The notes beneath the pieces are model-generated. The model saw only the letters and a list, made by a program, of their open reading frames with translations. It ran no database searches and had not been told where the DNA came from. A stretch of 64,000 nucleotides of DNA from Candidatus Poribacteria bacterium (GTDB taxonomy: Bacteria > Poribacteria > WGA-4E > WGA-3G): the NCBI GenBank assembly GCA_963665235.2, contig CAXXLX010000001.1, forward strand, positions 2,848,001 to 2,912,000, read 5' to 3'. Made by a program: the position numbers and the translations under genes. This document shows, in pieces, positions 39,962 through 50,792 of the stretch; position 1 is the first letter of the stretch, and each line of letters begins with the position of its first letter.

Positions 39962-40471
39962 CTACGCCTCATTCTCAAGTGGGCAGAGAAAGTCAATCTG
40001 CACGCCTTCTTGTTCAAATGCTTCTCGAAACGGTTCCCATTTTCTATCTAATGCCTGCAAGATAGTCGCTTTTTGGAGAAAGTCACGCTCATAAGCGATA
40101 GCAGCCGCAATAAATTTTCTATCAGCTACGTCAAAATCGCTTAATGCTTCGGTAGTTGGAAACTCCTCAAAATCTGTGTCACTACCACCCAGCGGGGTGA
40201 TGGTTACCATTGTGCAAATCGCCGGTCTCCGCATCAGATTCTGCAGCAACGTTTTTACAAAAAGATCGCCGATTCCTTTCCGAGTCTCTAAATTAACATA
40301 TCTCTTGTACTCGTTAAGAATTCGCCACCCATCATCAACAACGGACGTTTCTGGCTGTTCGAGAATCTGTTTAATTCGTTTTTGACACTGTTCCACACAG
40401 TTGGGTGAGGCATGCTCTGCCTGATCATTTGCAGTTATGATAACATTCGTATCTACGATAACAGCGTTCAT
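39962..40471 (-). CDS. PIN-domain-like nuclease
   Basis: VIVDTNV, ILNEY, FDVADRKFIAAA, ALD acidic motif pattern; TAATG-coupled to the ATPase. Confidence 0.65.
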   Translation of the reverse strand: MNAVIVDTNVIITANDQAEHASPNCVEQCQKRIKQILEQPETSVVDDGWRILNEYKRYVNLETRKGIGDLFVKTLLQNLMRRPAICTMVTITPLGGSDTDFEEFPTTEALSDFDVADRKFIAAAIAYERDFLQKATILQALDRKWEPFREAFEQEGVQIDFLCPLENEA

Positions 40472-41769
40472 TACTCCTCCGCTCTCTTTTGACGTTCTCT
40501 TTGTGCTTCTGTCATGGCAAATAGGTCTCCTATCTCGTCACCAAAAAAGTTTGGTGGCCAATTCCCGATGTTACCGAATTCATCCATCTCCAACTTATCA
40601 ATTTTGGAAACCCCTTCTTCATTACGACAAAAATAGAGGGCAGTCTGATCGGCAGCAATCTCTTCCTCCGCGACGCGCCGCTGTAACCGATTTAGTAGGT
40701 GTTCACTGTGGCTCTCTATCAAAACCTGAAGATTCCTTTCTGTGATAACCTCTATCAGCAGATCCGCGATGGCAGCTTGTGCTCCGGGATGAAGATGAGT
40801 CCCAGGTTCCTCAAGGATCAACGTGGATCCAATCGGGACATAATAACTCATAACCAGAATGGGGAGAAATTGTGAAACCCCATAACCTATGTCTGCCAAT
40901 GTCACTTTAATACTTTTCGGACTCCTTTGGATTCGGAATTCATAGTTTTTGTCGTCCCGTGGACCGGTCCTGGCAAATTCAAAGGTGTACGCCAATTCCA
41001 TTTTTTGTAACCAGGCTGAGATTCGCGACTCAATTGAGACATTTGCTCCTTTATAAGGGGTCATTCGCTGATCTATACGAGCAGAGAGAAGAGCATCAAT
41101 TGTCTGACCACCCCACTGTCCGGGAGTTTCGGGAAAATCACCCTCCCAATGATAGTAACGTTGCGGAGGAACACGAGTCGGGCCGAGGTAATAGACTTGA
41201 GAAAATAGATCTTCAAAGGTAGATGCATATTTATTTAAAACTTCTATACTTTTTGAAGATGCGGGCCCGCATGCAGTTTTTCCATAGCACGTGTTCAGTT
41301 CTATTTTGCGTTGGTTTCTTTCTTCTTTATACGAAGATGGAAAAAATACAGAGCCTTGATCGTATATTATCTCGGGCTTCCTACGAGAACGATAACCGTA
41401 GCTGAGTCTGTCAACAATTGATTTTTGCCGTTCGGCTCGAATCATACTCTCAAAAGCAAAACTATTTACTCTCTCCTCCTGTGGAAAGTGGGTATGCTTA
41501 AATTCGCCCGCTAACTCAAGACCAAGAGGCGATTCCGATTTATGCCCGTGAATTACTTCTCGAAAATCACCAAGATTGATAAGCGAATTGTCATCACCGA
41601 AGAAGAGAATTTCATCTGTCCCAATAGTCTGCTTAAGCAACAGCAACATCTGCAACAGACTGCTCTTCCCAGAGCTATTGGTTCCGAAAAAGCCTGTCAA
41701 CGGCGCGAGTTTCACCTCACCGCTATCTTCCCACGATTTAAAGTTTTTCATTCGTATATGTGTAATCAT
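40471..41769 (-). CDS. ABC-type (AAA_21/DUF3696-like) ATPase
   Basis: MKNFKS, GTNSSGKS, IGYGVSQ, ILEEPGTHLHP, ESHSEH, C-terminal GNWPPNFFG. Confidence 0.8.
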   Translation of the reverse strand: MITHIRMKNFKSWEDSGEVKLAPLTGFFGTNSSGKSSLLQMLLLLKQTIGTDEILFFGDDNSLINLGDFREVIHGHKSESPLGLELAGEFKHTHFPQEERVNSFAFESMIRAERQKSIVDRLSYGYRSRRKPEIIYDQGSVFFPSSYKEERNQRKIELNTCYGKTACGPASSKSIEVLNKYASTFEDLFSQVYYLGPTRVPPQRYYHWEGDFPETPGQWGGQTIDALLSARIDQRMTPYKGANVSIESRISAWLQKMELAYTFEFARTGPRDDKNYEFRIQRSPKSIKVTLADIGYGVSQFLPILVMSYYVPIGSTLILEEPGTHLHPGAQAAIADLLIEVITERNLQVLIESHSEHLLNRLQRRVAEEEIAADQTALYFCRNEEGVSKIDKLEMDEFGNIGNWPPNFFGDEIGDLFAMTEAQRERQKRAEE

Positions 41770-41922
41770 TTTTTTCCTCCGTGCATATTATACGCAGTTT
41801 CACAAGAAAATTCAAGGAATATCCCCGATTCGGGTATGTAAAGTTTCTGTACAAGTTAATCTATTGATGTTTAAAACGGCCTGCTCGGACAGTGTGACTC
41901 ATTGCCCATCAGAGCGGTGCTC

Positions 41923-42183
41923 GTAGTAGGGGAACCATTTATTGCCCGTTCTTTCTTAGCTGGTAGTAGGGCAATTTATTGCCCGTTAATCCCGTTGCTG
42001 CATCTTAAACCTCCAACGGGTGATAAATCACCCTACTACAAACGCATCCACTCCTAAGCTGACCGTTCTTAGCTGGTAGTAGGGGCCCCTTTATTACCCA
42101 GCGAAACCCTATTTCTAGCAGCGAAACGCATCGCACATCACAACCCTAGACAACACGACGGGCGATAAATCGCCCTACTACAA
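41923..42183. repeat. Cluster of GTAG-type REP-like palindromes in inverted pairs
   Basis: GTAGGGCAATTTATTGCCCGT and ACGGGCGATAAATCGCCCTAC variants. Confidence 0.7.
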
Positions 42184-42216
42184 ATGAGTGTACGAAAATT
42201 TTACGTACCCCCCGAT

Positions 42217-44918
42217 TCAGACAGCATACTCCTTCATCACCTCATCACCGAAATGATTGATAACCTTCACCGCAATTTTACCAGACTCAGGCTTCGCAAA
42301 CGGCAGACTCTCTGTCCGATACAGAGCCTCCCACGCCTCCTCATTAATTTCGGAATTCAACGCTCGCTTGAGCTGCTTATACGGCTCCCCTTCACCTGTG
42401 AAATATGCATGCCGCACAAAAAACGCCTCACCGTTATAGGCAGTGTCAATAAACCAACATGCAATATCGTCGGGATTATTAGAGCGGGTTAACCCTTTCT
42501 TCGCATCGTAGACATCCACGCCTAAGAGTTTCACAGAGACCGTGTCATCTTTAGAATACCTTATCTCCACATCCGGCTCCCCGAACACCATAAACAGATT
42601 TCCTTCACCTGTGTTATCAAGTTCGCGGACCATCAGTTCAGGGCTCATCTTGACAGGCAGAATCTGGAGGCTGCCCATGTGTGTGTTCTCACCCGCGGTG
42701 TATCCCTCAAAAGCGAACCCCATGACAATGAGCAGATCAAATTTGGGAACTCGGCGCACCGCTTCCTTCGCGGCTGTCTCTATCCATTGCCGGCCCACCG
42801 TCCCATACTCCGGGCCAATACTTATAGCGATGCTCTGTGCGTTACCCTGCTCATCGGTATGGATACCCTCCGCGTGTAACCACTCACCGGGGAGAGATTC
42901 CAACCACTCGAAAGTGATACGCTGCTTCTTGAGACGATTTTGCACCCCTCCCGTTTTCAAATGCTCCAAAATATGCTTAATGTAATCTTGCGAATTCTCG
43001 GAGGAGACAGGTGTTGGTGTGTCCCCCTCGGTGTCCGGAGCCTCCGGGACAAGATGCGGCGATAGACTCTCCACAGTAAAAGGACCAGTGACACGTACCC
43101 GTTTGCTGTCTCGATATGGCTCATCGTAAAGTACCACATTTTTGGCGCGGCGGGCAGTAGAAGCATCCATCTCGCGTTGCCGCTCGCGTTTGAGGGATAC
43201 CCACTGGCGATGTAGTTTCTGGAATTCTGAATCCCATTTCGGATCGGTTTCGGTTGGCACTTCCCACTCTTTCCAATATGTAATATCCCCCCCCTTCTTT
43301 TTTCACAGGTGTTAATTATTTTGAGAAGGGGGTCTAATTTTTCAGCATATTCGGCATGAATATCGTCAATCTCCGTGTTATTTGCTATGTCTGATAGACT
43401 CAGGTGTGGTACCGACTTATAGACAAAACCGCGCTTGATGTCGTCTGCCTCTTCAAGACGATAATAGGGATATTTACCAGCCATGAGGCGGGTACGTGCC
43501 AGTGCTGATGCGACGCGAGACGTGTCTATTGTTATCCACCGTCTTCCCCACTGTTCTGCAACGTAAACCGTGGTGCCACTGCCACATGTCGGATCTAGCA
43601 CCAAATCGCCGGGATCTGTCGTCATCAATATGCATCGTTGAACGACTTTAGGATTCGTTTCTACAACATACATTCTTCCAGACCGAGATCCTCCCGCAGT
43701 GTCAGTCCATAAGTTCGTAACGGCAAGCCCTGGAAAATCACCAGCATATCGTATATAGCACAATGTCTTTCCTAATGGAAGAAGCCTACCTTGTTTCGCT
43801 AGGCGATTTAGCCCTTCGTGACTTGCAGCCCATCCCCGATCTCCAGAGGGCACATAGGTTTTACCTTCAAATTTATACGCATAATTAGAACTCCCACCGG
43901 TCTGTGATGAGACTGAATAATCTGCAAATCTCCGACTTCCTTCAGGAAGAAGCGAAGGGTTTTCTCTCTCTCCCTTCGTCATTCTCCGACGTGTTTTATT
44001 CGGTAATTCAACGTTATAATAACGCTTTAAAAGCGGGTCGGCTGTCCGTTCATTACGCTCCATATAGAGTTGATTATACTTCATTTGATTCTTATCTTTT
44101 GCGTACCATAAGAGATAATCTGATGTTGATGCTAACTCTGTCGAAGAAGTCATATTGGTACGAACCCACGTGATTGTGGAAACAAAATTGGTATCCCCAA
44201 AAACCTCATCTAATAAACACCGGACGCGATGAACGTTCTCATCGCTAATCTGAACGAAAATGCTGCCGCTCTCCGTGAGCAATTCACGCGCAACGGTCAG
44301 CCGGTCGCGCAGGTAAGTGAGATAGGAATGGATACCGAGTTCCCACGTATCACGGAAGGCTTTTACCTGTTCCGGTTGTGGCGTAACATCTTCTGTTTTG
44401 GTATCGCTGACCTCGCGCTTTCGGGTGCTGACCTGCCAATTGCTCCTAAAACTAATTCCGTAAGGCGGGTCGAAATAGATCATTTGCACCTGTCCCTTGA
44501 GATGCTCCTTTTCGGCGAGGGAGTTCATCACAGCAAGCGAATCGCCTGAGATAAAGCGGTTATGCCAATTCTGTTCGTGTTGATAGAACTCAATTTTCTG
44601 GGCAAGCTCGAGTGTCTCAAACCGGTCAAAGAGACTTAAATCCTGCTCCGATTCCCGCTGTTCATGTGCGCGAATTGCCTCAATAATGGCTTGCGGTTGG
44701 ATATGCTCATGAATGTAGATAGGGACACTTTGCACCTCAAGGTCGTTATCGTTTTGCTGGTCTTTACCTTTCCAAACCAATTGCGGGTCAAGGGCAATAT
44801 CGCGCGGATACCGTGTCGGTGCAAGCTCACCGTTTTCGGCAAAACCGCTCAGTTCTTGAGTTGGGTTATTAGGCAATTTGTCGGTGTGTTCGTAATGGTT
44901 AACCGGTTTTTTAGCCAT
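42217..44918 (-). CDS. Type III R-M DNA methyltransferase Mod, frameshifted at a G8 tract (43287-43294)
   Basis: GDSL, YFDPPYG, DPTCGSGTT; ORFs 42957..44918 and 42217..43260 join in frame with G9 or G6. Confidence 0.85.
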
Positions 44919-44989
44919 AAATGGGTCTCCGCTCTTTTAATTGACATTATGCCGATTTATCTGATTAAATCATTATAATGTCTAGTGTT

Positions 44990-45250
44990 TTACGTCAGTG
45001 CTATTCTCTCTTCGGTTTCTTCCAAAACCTGTTGGAAGTCTTCAGGCGTGTTCGCCAAAATCGCAGCGCGGAGCAATGCTTGGAGCTGCTGCGGGTCGTC
45101 TATCTGTTCCAACGCAGGTTTAAAGCGAAGCGCATCATCGGACCGCAAGCGAAGGGTTAGTACCTCAAAGACGCTTCGCTGTAAGGCCTCCTGTCGCGCT
45201 TCCGCTGCGGCTTTCTCTGTTAGGTGTCGGATAATATCTAATTCGTACAT
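44990..45250 (-). CDS. Stand-alone duplicate of the Rpn C-terminal domain (RpnS-like antitoxin)
   Basis: Near-identical to 45371..45628; own GGAGG RBS and ATG. Confidence 0.7.
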   Translation of the reverse strand: MYELDIIRHLTEKAAAEARQEALQRSVFEVLTLRLRSDDALRFKPALEQIDDPQQLQALLRAAILANTPEDFQQVLEETEERIALT

Positions 45251-45370
45251 CGTCTCCTCCGATATAATTTCAAAACCGGATTCAACCTATAAACCGAGTT
45301 GTCGCATCTATATCCGGGAGACGCTGCATCAACGGCACGGTTCCGGATTTTCTGAAATAGGGAGTGCCAT

Positions 45371-46258
45371 TTACGCCTCGGTTTCTTCCAAAACCTGCTG
45401 GAAGTCTTCAGGCGTGTTCGCCAAAATCGCAGCACGGTGCAATGCTTGGAGCTGCTGCGGGTCGTCTATCTGTTCCAACGCAGGTTTAAAGCGAAGCGCA
45501 TCATCGGACCGCAAGCGAAGGGTTAGTGCCTCAAAGATGCTTTGCTGTAAGCCTTGCTGTAAGCCTTGCTGTCGTGCTTCCGCTGCCGCTTTCTCTGTTA
45601 GGTGTCGGATAATATCTAATTCGTACATCGTTTCCTCCTTTACAATAGCTAAAATCATCTCCATATCATAAACTAAATTGCCTAAAATAGCCATGCTCCC
45701 AATATATTCAGATGGTTCCGGTACATCTGCGCGCGCTGCTGCTTGAACACACCGCCGAAACCACGCCTCCGCATCTACACCCGCAGGACGCTCCATCAAC
45801 GGCGTAAAAGGAAGCAACCCAACCGCATTCGAATCCAAAACTGCCTGACCATCCATATCTATCAACCGAACAACCTTATACTCTATCAAAATACGGTGAT
45901 CCGCTAAATCTTGTGTGAAACGTCCCGGGTCATTTTTACCCGCATCCGGGCGAATATAGATGACATAAGAATACACAAGCAACCCATATTTCTCAGCTAT
46001 CCGCATGATGTACCCCCCCATTCTTACAGGCATGGGCGGGTCATAGCTGTCTGTGGTTTGGAACTCAATATGCAACAACGCTTCTTTGCCATCAACTTCC
46101 ATTTTGATAAGCACGTCTGCCTGATGCATCTCAATCGTTGGTTGTTCAGGCGTGATAATTTCTAGCACAGTGAAATCTTTGTCGCCTATACAAAGGTTTG
46201 CAAAATCATCAGGGTGTTCCTGAACATAATCTTTAGAAATAGTGTCAACTACTGCCAC
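45371..46258 (-). CDS. Rpn/YhgA-like PD-(D/E)xK nuclease
   Basis: AAAGGAGA + GTG start; ADVLI..LHIEFQT..MPVRM; LLPFTPLM; QQGLQQGL tail. Confidence 0.8.
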   Translation of the reverse strand: MAVVDTISKDYVQEHPDDFANLCIGDKDFTVLEIITPEQPTIEMHQADVLIKMEVDGKEALLHIEFQTTDSYDPPMPVRMGGYIMRIAEKYGLLVYSYVIYIRPDAGKNDPGRFTQDLADHRILIEYKVVRLIDMDGQAVLDSNAVGLLPFTPLMERPAGVDAEAWFRRCVQAAARADVPEPSEYIGSMAILGNLVYDMEMILAIVKEETMYELDIIRHLTEKAAAEARQQGLQQGLQQSIFEALTLRLRSDDALRFKPALEQIDDPQQLQALHRAAILANTPEDFQQVLEETEA

Positions 46259-46338
46259 TTTATCTCCTTTCGCCAATATGGCGTTGCTCATTTTAAAATT
46301 AACGTGAGCTTGATAATAAATATCCGTTTGCACTAACC

Positions 46339-46472
46339 TCTATAAATATATCGTCCCTACGGGACTAAGAGACCGAGCAGAAACGGCTTCTATAAATATA
46401 TCGTCCCTACGGGACTAAGAGGTGTGAGCGGTCTGTGTTTCTATAAACATACCGCCCCTACGAGGCTAAGAG
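46339..46472. repeat. Three 33-bp palindromic direct repeats with 17-18 bp spacers
   Basis: TCTATAAATATATCGTCCCTACGGGACTAAGAG x2 plus one variant. Confidence 0.8.
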
Positions 46473-46578
46473 CGTGTGCGTTCTGTGCTGCTTAGGCAAA
46501 GCTTTGATTGTTACGCCTCTTAAAATCCGCGAAATCCGGGTAATCCGCGATAATCCGCGATTCAGACAACGCAACCCA

Positions 46579-47766
46579 CTAACCCGCAGCAGGTGCGAAC
46601 GTTTCGGGATTTTCAGCAGCTGCATCGTAATCCTCAATGAGTTTTGTAATCATCGGGTTCTGTCCACAAAGCGGACAACTTTCATCTCGATTGATTTTCA
46701 TTTCGCGATAGGTCATACCGAGTGCTTCGTAAAGGATAAGCCTACCGATAAGCGATTCGCCAATACCGATAATGTACTTAATCGCTTCAGTTGCCATCAT
46801 TACGCCAATTACGCCTGGGAGCACGCCCAGGACACCAGCCTCACTTCAGCTCGGCACCAGACCGGGCGGAGGCGGTGTGGGGTACATGCATCGATAGCAC
46901 GGCCCCTCATTCGGTTTAAAGAGCGTGACCTGCCCCTCAAATTGAAAAATACTGCCGTGAACGATCGGTTTATTCATCAGTACTGCAGCGTCGTTAACGA
47001 GATAACGTGTCGCAAAATTATCGCATCCATCCACAATCAGGTCATATTCAGCAAAGATGTCTTCAACGTTGTCAGCAGTCAAACGGAGATTATAGGGGGT
47101 AATTTCAACGTCTGGGTTAAGCGACTTAATCGTAGTTGTAGCGGATTGAACCTTCGGGGTGCCGACCGCTTCGGTACGATGGAGAATCTGCCGTTGCAGG
47201 TTGCTTAATTCTACAACATCCGAATCGATAATCCCGAGGTGTCCGACCCCGGCGGCACCGAGGTAAACGCCAGCAGGTGAGCCCAAGCCGCCTGCCCCGA
47301 CAAGCAAAATCTTCGCATCGAGCAGTTTTGATTGTCCGCGCTCGCCAACCTCCGTGAGCATAAAGTGTCGACTGTAGCGGTCGAGCTGCTCATGCGTCAT
47401 AGGTTTATCTTGTGCGGTTGGAAAACCGGCTGTACTCCAATCACGGTACCCGCCAACCATAGAGACCGTGTCCGTGTATCCCATTTCGCGAAGGGATTTT
47501 GCAGCGAGCAGCGAGCGAAGCCCAGCAGCACAATAGACGACAACCTTTTGATTCCGGTCGGGGATATAGTTTTCAACCGAAAATTCCAGCATACCGCGTG
47601 TGACGTGGACAGCATCTGGGATATAACCAGCACGATATTCATCCTCATCGCGGACATCCAACAGCACGAAGTCGCTGCCTTTCTCCTGTTCTTCCTTCAC
47701 GTCATCGATAGTCATCTCCGGAATTTCCGTTTTTGCTTCCTCAACGATTTGTCTATAAGATTTCAT
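46579..47766 (-). CDS. moeB: Rhodanese-MoeB (MoeZ-like) adenylyltransferase with in-frame UGA, probable selenoprotein
   Basis: LDVR..YCAAGLRS, RYSRH, VGAGGLG, SNLQRQ, CYRC, VPS-TGA-SEAGVLG continuing in frame to CPLCG. Confidence 0.85.
46814..46831 (-). promoter_or_regulatory. Candidate bacterial SECIS hairpin
   Basis: CCTGGG-CGTGCT-CCCAGG, separated from the UGA at 46846-46848 by 14 nt. Confidence 0.55.
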
Positions 47767-48009
47767 AATATATTCTCCAATTTTTCGAGATGGATTGCAT
47801 AAGATTTCGGGAATTTTTTTCAAATTTCTGAAAAAAATTGTAGCATAAGAGGGTATTTTTGTCAATGCCGTTTTTTGCGGACGACAGATAATAGGTTGAC
47901 AAAATGCTTTTAAATACGTTAAAATAAAATAATAGGTGTGCTGCGAAAAAATGCAAATCTGCATAGCAGCCTCTCCGAAATCAGTATCACACACAATAAG
48001 GAGTTAGCA

Positions 48010-48885
48010 ATGGTTAATATAAATCCCTTTCAGCAACCGGGAAAATGGTATCGTGGAAACACGCATAGTCATAGTACCGAATCCGATGGCAAACTCACAA
48101 TGGCAGAGCGGTTCGCCGCTTACCGTGAAGAGGGTTACGATTTTCTTGTCCTGACCGACCATCGAAAAGTCAACAACGTAGACGCTTACAGCACCCCCGA
48201 TTTTTTAGCAATATCCGGCAGTGAGGTGCATCCATCAAATCCCTATGGGGGCCCGATTTATCATATCGTGGCAATTAATATACAGGAAGCACTCAATTGT
48301 GCCAAGATGCACCCAAATGCTGTGATTGATGCCATCAAGGAACAAGGGGGGGAAGCCGTTCTGTGTCATCCCTATTGGTGCGGCCATACTATTTTAGATT
48401 ATTTGCCGTTGAAGGGCTATTTTGCCGTTGAAGTTTACAATGACACCTGTATGGGCATCGGCAAAGGGTTTTCAGAACAGGCGTGGGATGACCTCCTTGA
48501 CAAAGCCGGCCCCGTGTTCGGTATCGCTTCCGACGATTCGCACGGCACAGAACACGACTGCTTCCACGGCTGGATTATGGTTAAGGCACAAGAACTGACA
48601 CTTGCGGGCATTATGGAAGCACTTCGGACAGGTGCCTTCTATTCAACGCTTGGCCCCGAAATTGAGGATATAGATATCGTTGATAACGAGATGACCGTTA
48701 AATGTTCCCCAGCGCAATCTATTGTTTTTAAAGGGGCACAGAGTCGCGGCAGGCGAGTCCTCCCCCCGAGCGGTGAACTGCTTCATGAGGCAACGTATAC
48801 TATCCCGAACGGCGTAAAATACGTTCGGATCGAAATAACGGATGAGACCGGTAAAAAAGCTTGGTCAAATCCGTTTTTCTTCTGA
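48010..48885 (+). CDS. PHP-fold metallohydrolase (CehA/McbA-like)
   Basis: GNTHSHSTESDG, LTDH, CHPYW, SDDSH. Confidence 0.85.
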   Translation: MVNINPFQQPGKWYRGNTHSHSTESDGKLTMAERFAAYREEGYDFLVLTDHRKVNNVDAYSTPDFLAISGSEVHPSNPYGGPIYHIVAINIQEALNCAKMHPNAVIDAIKEQGGEAVLCHPYWCGHTILDYLPLKGYFAVEVYNDTCMGIGKGFSEQAWDDLLDKAGPVFGIASDDSHGTEHDCFHGWIMVKAQELTLAGIMEALRTGAFYSTLGPEIEDIDIVDNEMTVKCSPAQSIVFKGAQSRGRRVLPPSGELLHEATYTIPNGVKYVRIEITDETGKKAWSNPFFF

Positions 48886-49913
48886 TGCAAAGAATACTCG
48901 TGTGCCAAACGGGTGGCTGGATAGGCGATATGGTGCTGCTTACGCCAGCATTGCGTGCACTCAAGGACGCATATCCTGATGCGTACCTGATGCTACTCCT
49001 GCGCCCGCGTGTGGTGGAGCTTATGAAAACCCACCCTTGGGTTGATGCCTGCTTGGTTGACACAAAAGCCGTGGGTAAATTCCGGTCGCTCGCGAGATTA
49101 GTAAGGCAGATTCGGGAACAGAGGTTTGATATGGCCGTCGTGTTGCATCCAACTTCGTTCCGAAATGCGTTGCTGCCGTATTTAGCGCGAGTACCGGTGC
49201 GTGTGGGGTCTAATGTCGGTGGGCGCGGTATTTTGCTAACCGCCACCTGTGCGAATAGTACTGATGTGCATGAGGTGCCTCGATATCTGCAGGTACTTCA
49301 GTTGCTTGGCATTATGGAAGCCTCCCCGGAGTTAGCGTTTTGGCATACGGATGCGGATAGGCAAGCGGTTCATCACCTTCTACAATCGGAAGGAATTTCG
49401 CCGCAGGAACGGCTTATCGGAATTAATTTAGGGACAACTTGGGAAACAAAACGGTGGGCCGTTGAAAATTTTGCAACCGTTATTCAGCATATTGCTCGCG
49501 TACATACCGATGCTAAAATCATCTTAACGGGCGCATCAACGGAGCAGGAACTTGCAAAAGCTTTGCCCGATTCAGCGGCGACGATTAATATTGTGGGAAA
49601 AACCACACTTCTACAACTCGGCGCGCTCCTAGAACGGATTGAGGTTTACCTGACGTGTGATAGCGGCCCGATGCATATTGCAGCGGCAGTCGGTACCCCG
49701 ACAGTGTCCCTATTTGGGCCGACGAGTCCGACGCGGCATCGCCCTTACGGGAGTGGGCATGTTCTGATAGAAAAACCTGTGTCATGTCGTCCCTGTTATA
49801 AACAGATTTGTCATCGCCGAGATACCCCACATCTCTGTATGGCAGAAATTAACCCAACCGAAGTTATGACAGTGTTGGACACGTTTTTTAATTCAGGACT
49901 TACGCAAATTTAG
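48885..49913 (+). CDS. GT9 LPS heptosyltransferase (WaaF-like)
   Basis: WIGDMVL, KRW..ENF, GKTTL, DSGPMHIAAAVGTP..LFGPT. Confidence 0.88.
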   Translation: MQRILVCQTGGWIGDMVLLTPALRALKDAYPDAYLMLLLRPRVVELMKTHPWVDACLVDTKAVGKFRSLARLVRQIREQRFDMAVVLHPTSFRNALLPYLARVPVRVGSNVGGRGILLTATCANSTDVHEVPRYLQVLQLLGIMEASPELAFWHTDADRQAVHHLLQSEGISPQERLIGINLGTTWETKRWAVENFATVIQHIARVHTDAKIILTGASTEQELAKALPDSAATINIVGKTTLLQLGALLERIEVYLTCDSGPMHIAAAVGTPTVSLFGPTSPTRHRPYGSGHVLIEKPVSCRPCYKQICHRRDTPHLCMAEINPTEVMTVLDTFFNSGLTQI

Positions 49914-49992
49914 CACATGGCATCGTAGGGGCGAGGTCCCCTCGCCCTCTAAACTACATCGGCATAATGTCTATTGAAAGGGAACAGTAAAA

Positions 49993-50742
49993 ATGAAAGG
50001 TATCCGCGCATTAGTATTTGATTTCGGCGGAACTTTAGATGGAAACGGTATCCATTGGTTAGAACGAACGTATCAGTTTATTCACGAACGGCATCCGGAA
50101 ATTACCCGTGAGGCGTTTGACAAAGCCGACAGAGCAGCGGTAACAGAATTCGCATTAGGGAGTTCATCTGCCGAGGGGGTTCGCCAGGAGGGTTCAATGC
50201 TGCCGGTGGGGGTTTCTGCCAACAGTGCTGCTGCACGTTGTACGTTGCAAGAAACCGCGGCTGCGATTGCCTCGGGAATTTATCGGCGGCTTGGCTTGAG
50301 TGAACAATTGCGGGACGAGTACGTGGAATGGTTCTGCCGGGATGTTGCGGCAAACTTGGAGGCGAATCGCCAATGGCTTGAAACACTTCACGGCACCTAT
50401 AAACTTGCTGTCATTAGCAATAACTTCGGGAACACCCGTGGCTGGTGTGATGAATACGAGCTTTCACCTCTGTTTGAAGTCATTATAGATTCCACAGTTG
50501 TTGGCGTGGCGAAACCGGATGCCCGTATCTTTGAAATTGCACTAGCGGAACTAGACGTGTTGCCTGCAGAAGCTGTCTACATCGGGGATAGCTACGTACC
50601 GGATATGAAGGGGGCCAAAGGGGCAGGCATGTGGACTGCTTGGCTTGTCGGGAGTCAGACGAAAACCTGTCCCGATATATCGGTGGTGGATTTACAGCTA
50701 ACACACCTGCATGATTTGACCAATTTTATAGAGCTGCAATGA
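49993..50742 (+). CDS. HAD-superfamily hydrolase
   Basis: FDFGGTLD, ISNN, KPD..IF, IGDSYVPD. Confidence 0.88.
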   Translation: MKGIRALVFDFGGTLDGNGIHWLERTYQFIHERHPEITREAFDKADRAAVTEFALGSSSAEGVRQEGSMLPVGVSANSAAARCTLQETAAAIASGIYRRLGLSEQLRDEYVEWFCRDVAANLEANRQWLETLHGTYKLAVISNNFGNTRGWCDEYELSPLFEVIIDSTVVGVAKPDARIFEIALAELDVLPAEAVYIGDSYVPDMKGAKGAGMWTAWLVGSQTKTCPDISVVDLQLTHLHDLTNFIELQ

Positions 50743-50792
50743 AGAGGGACCGAGCCGTAACGACCCGACTTCTACCAGAAGCTGGGAATGCT

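Noticed and set aside
39962-41769. Complete Menshen system
   Set aside because: The ATPase resembles the DUF3696 type, but no DUF262/ParB partner is adjacent.
46339-46472. CRISPR array
   Set aside because: Only three repeats, spacers 17-18 bp, no cas genes; better explained as a REP-like repeat.
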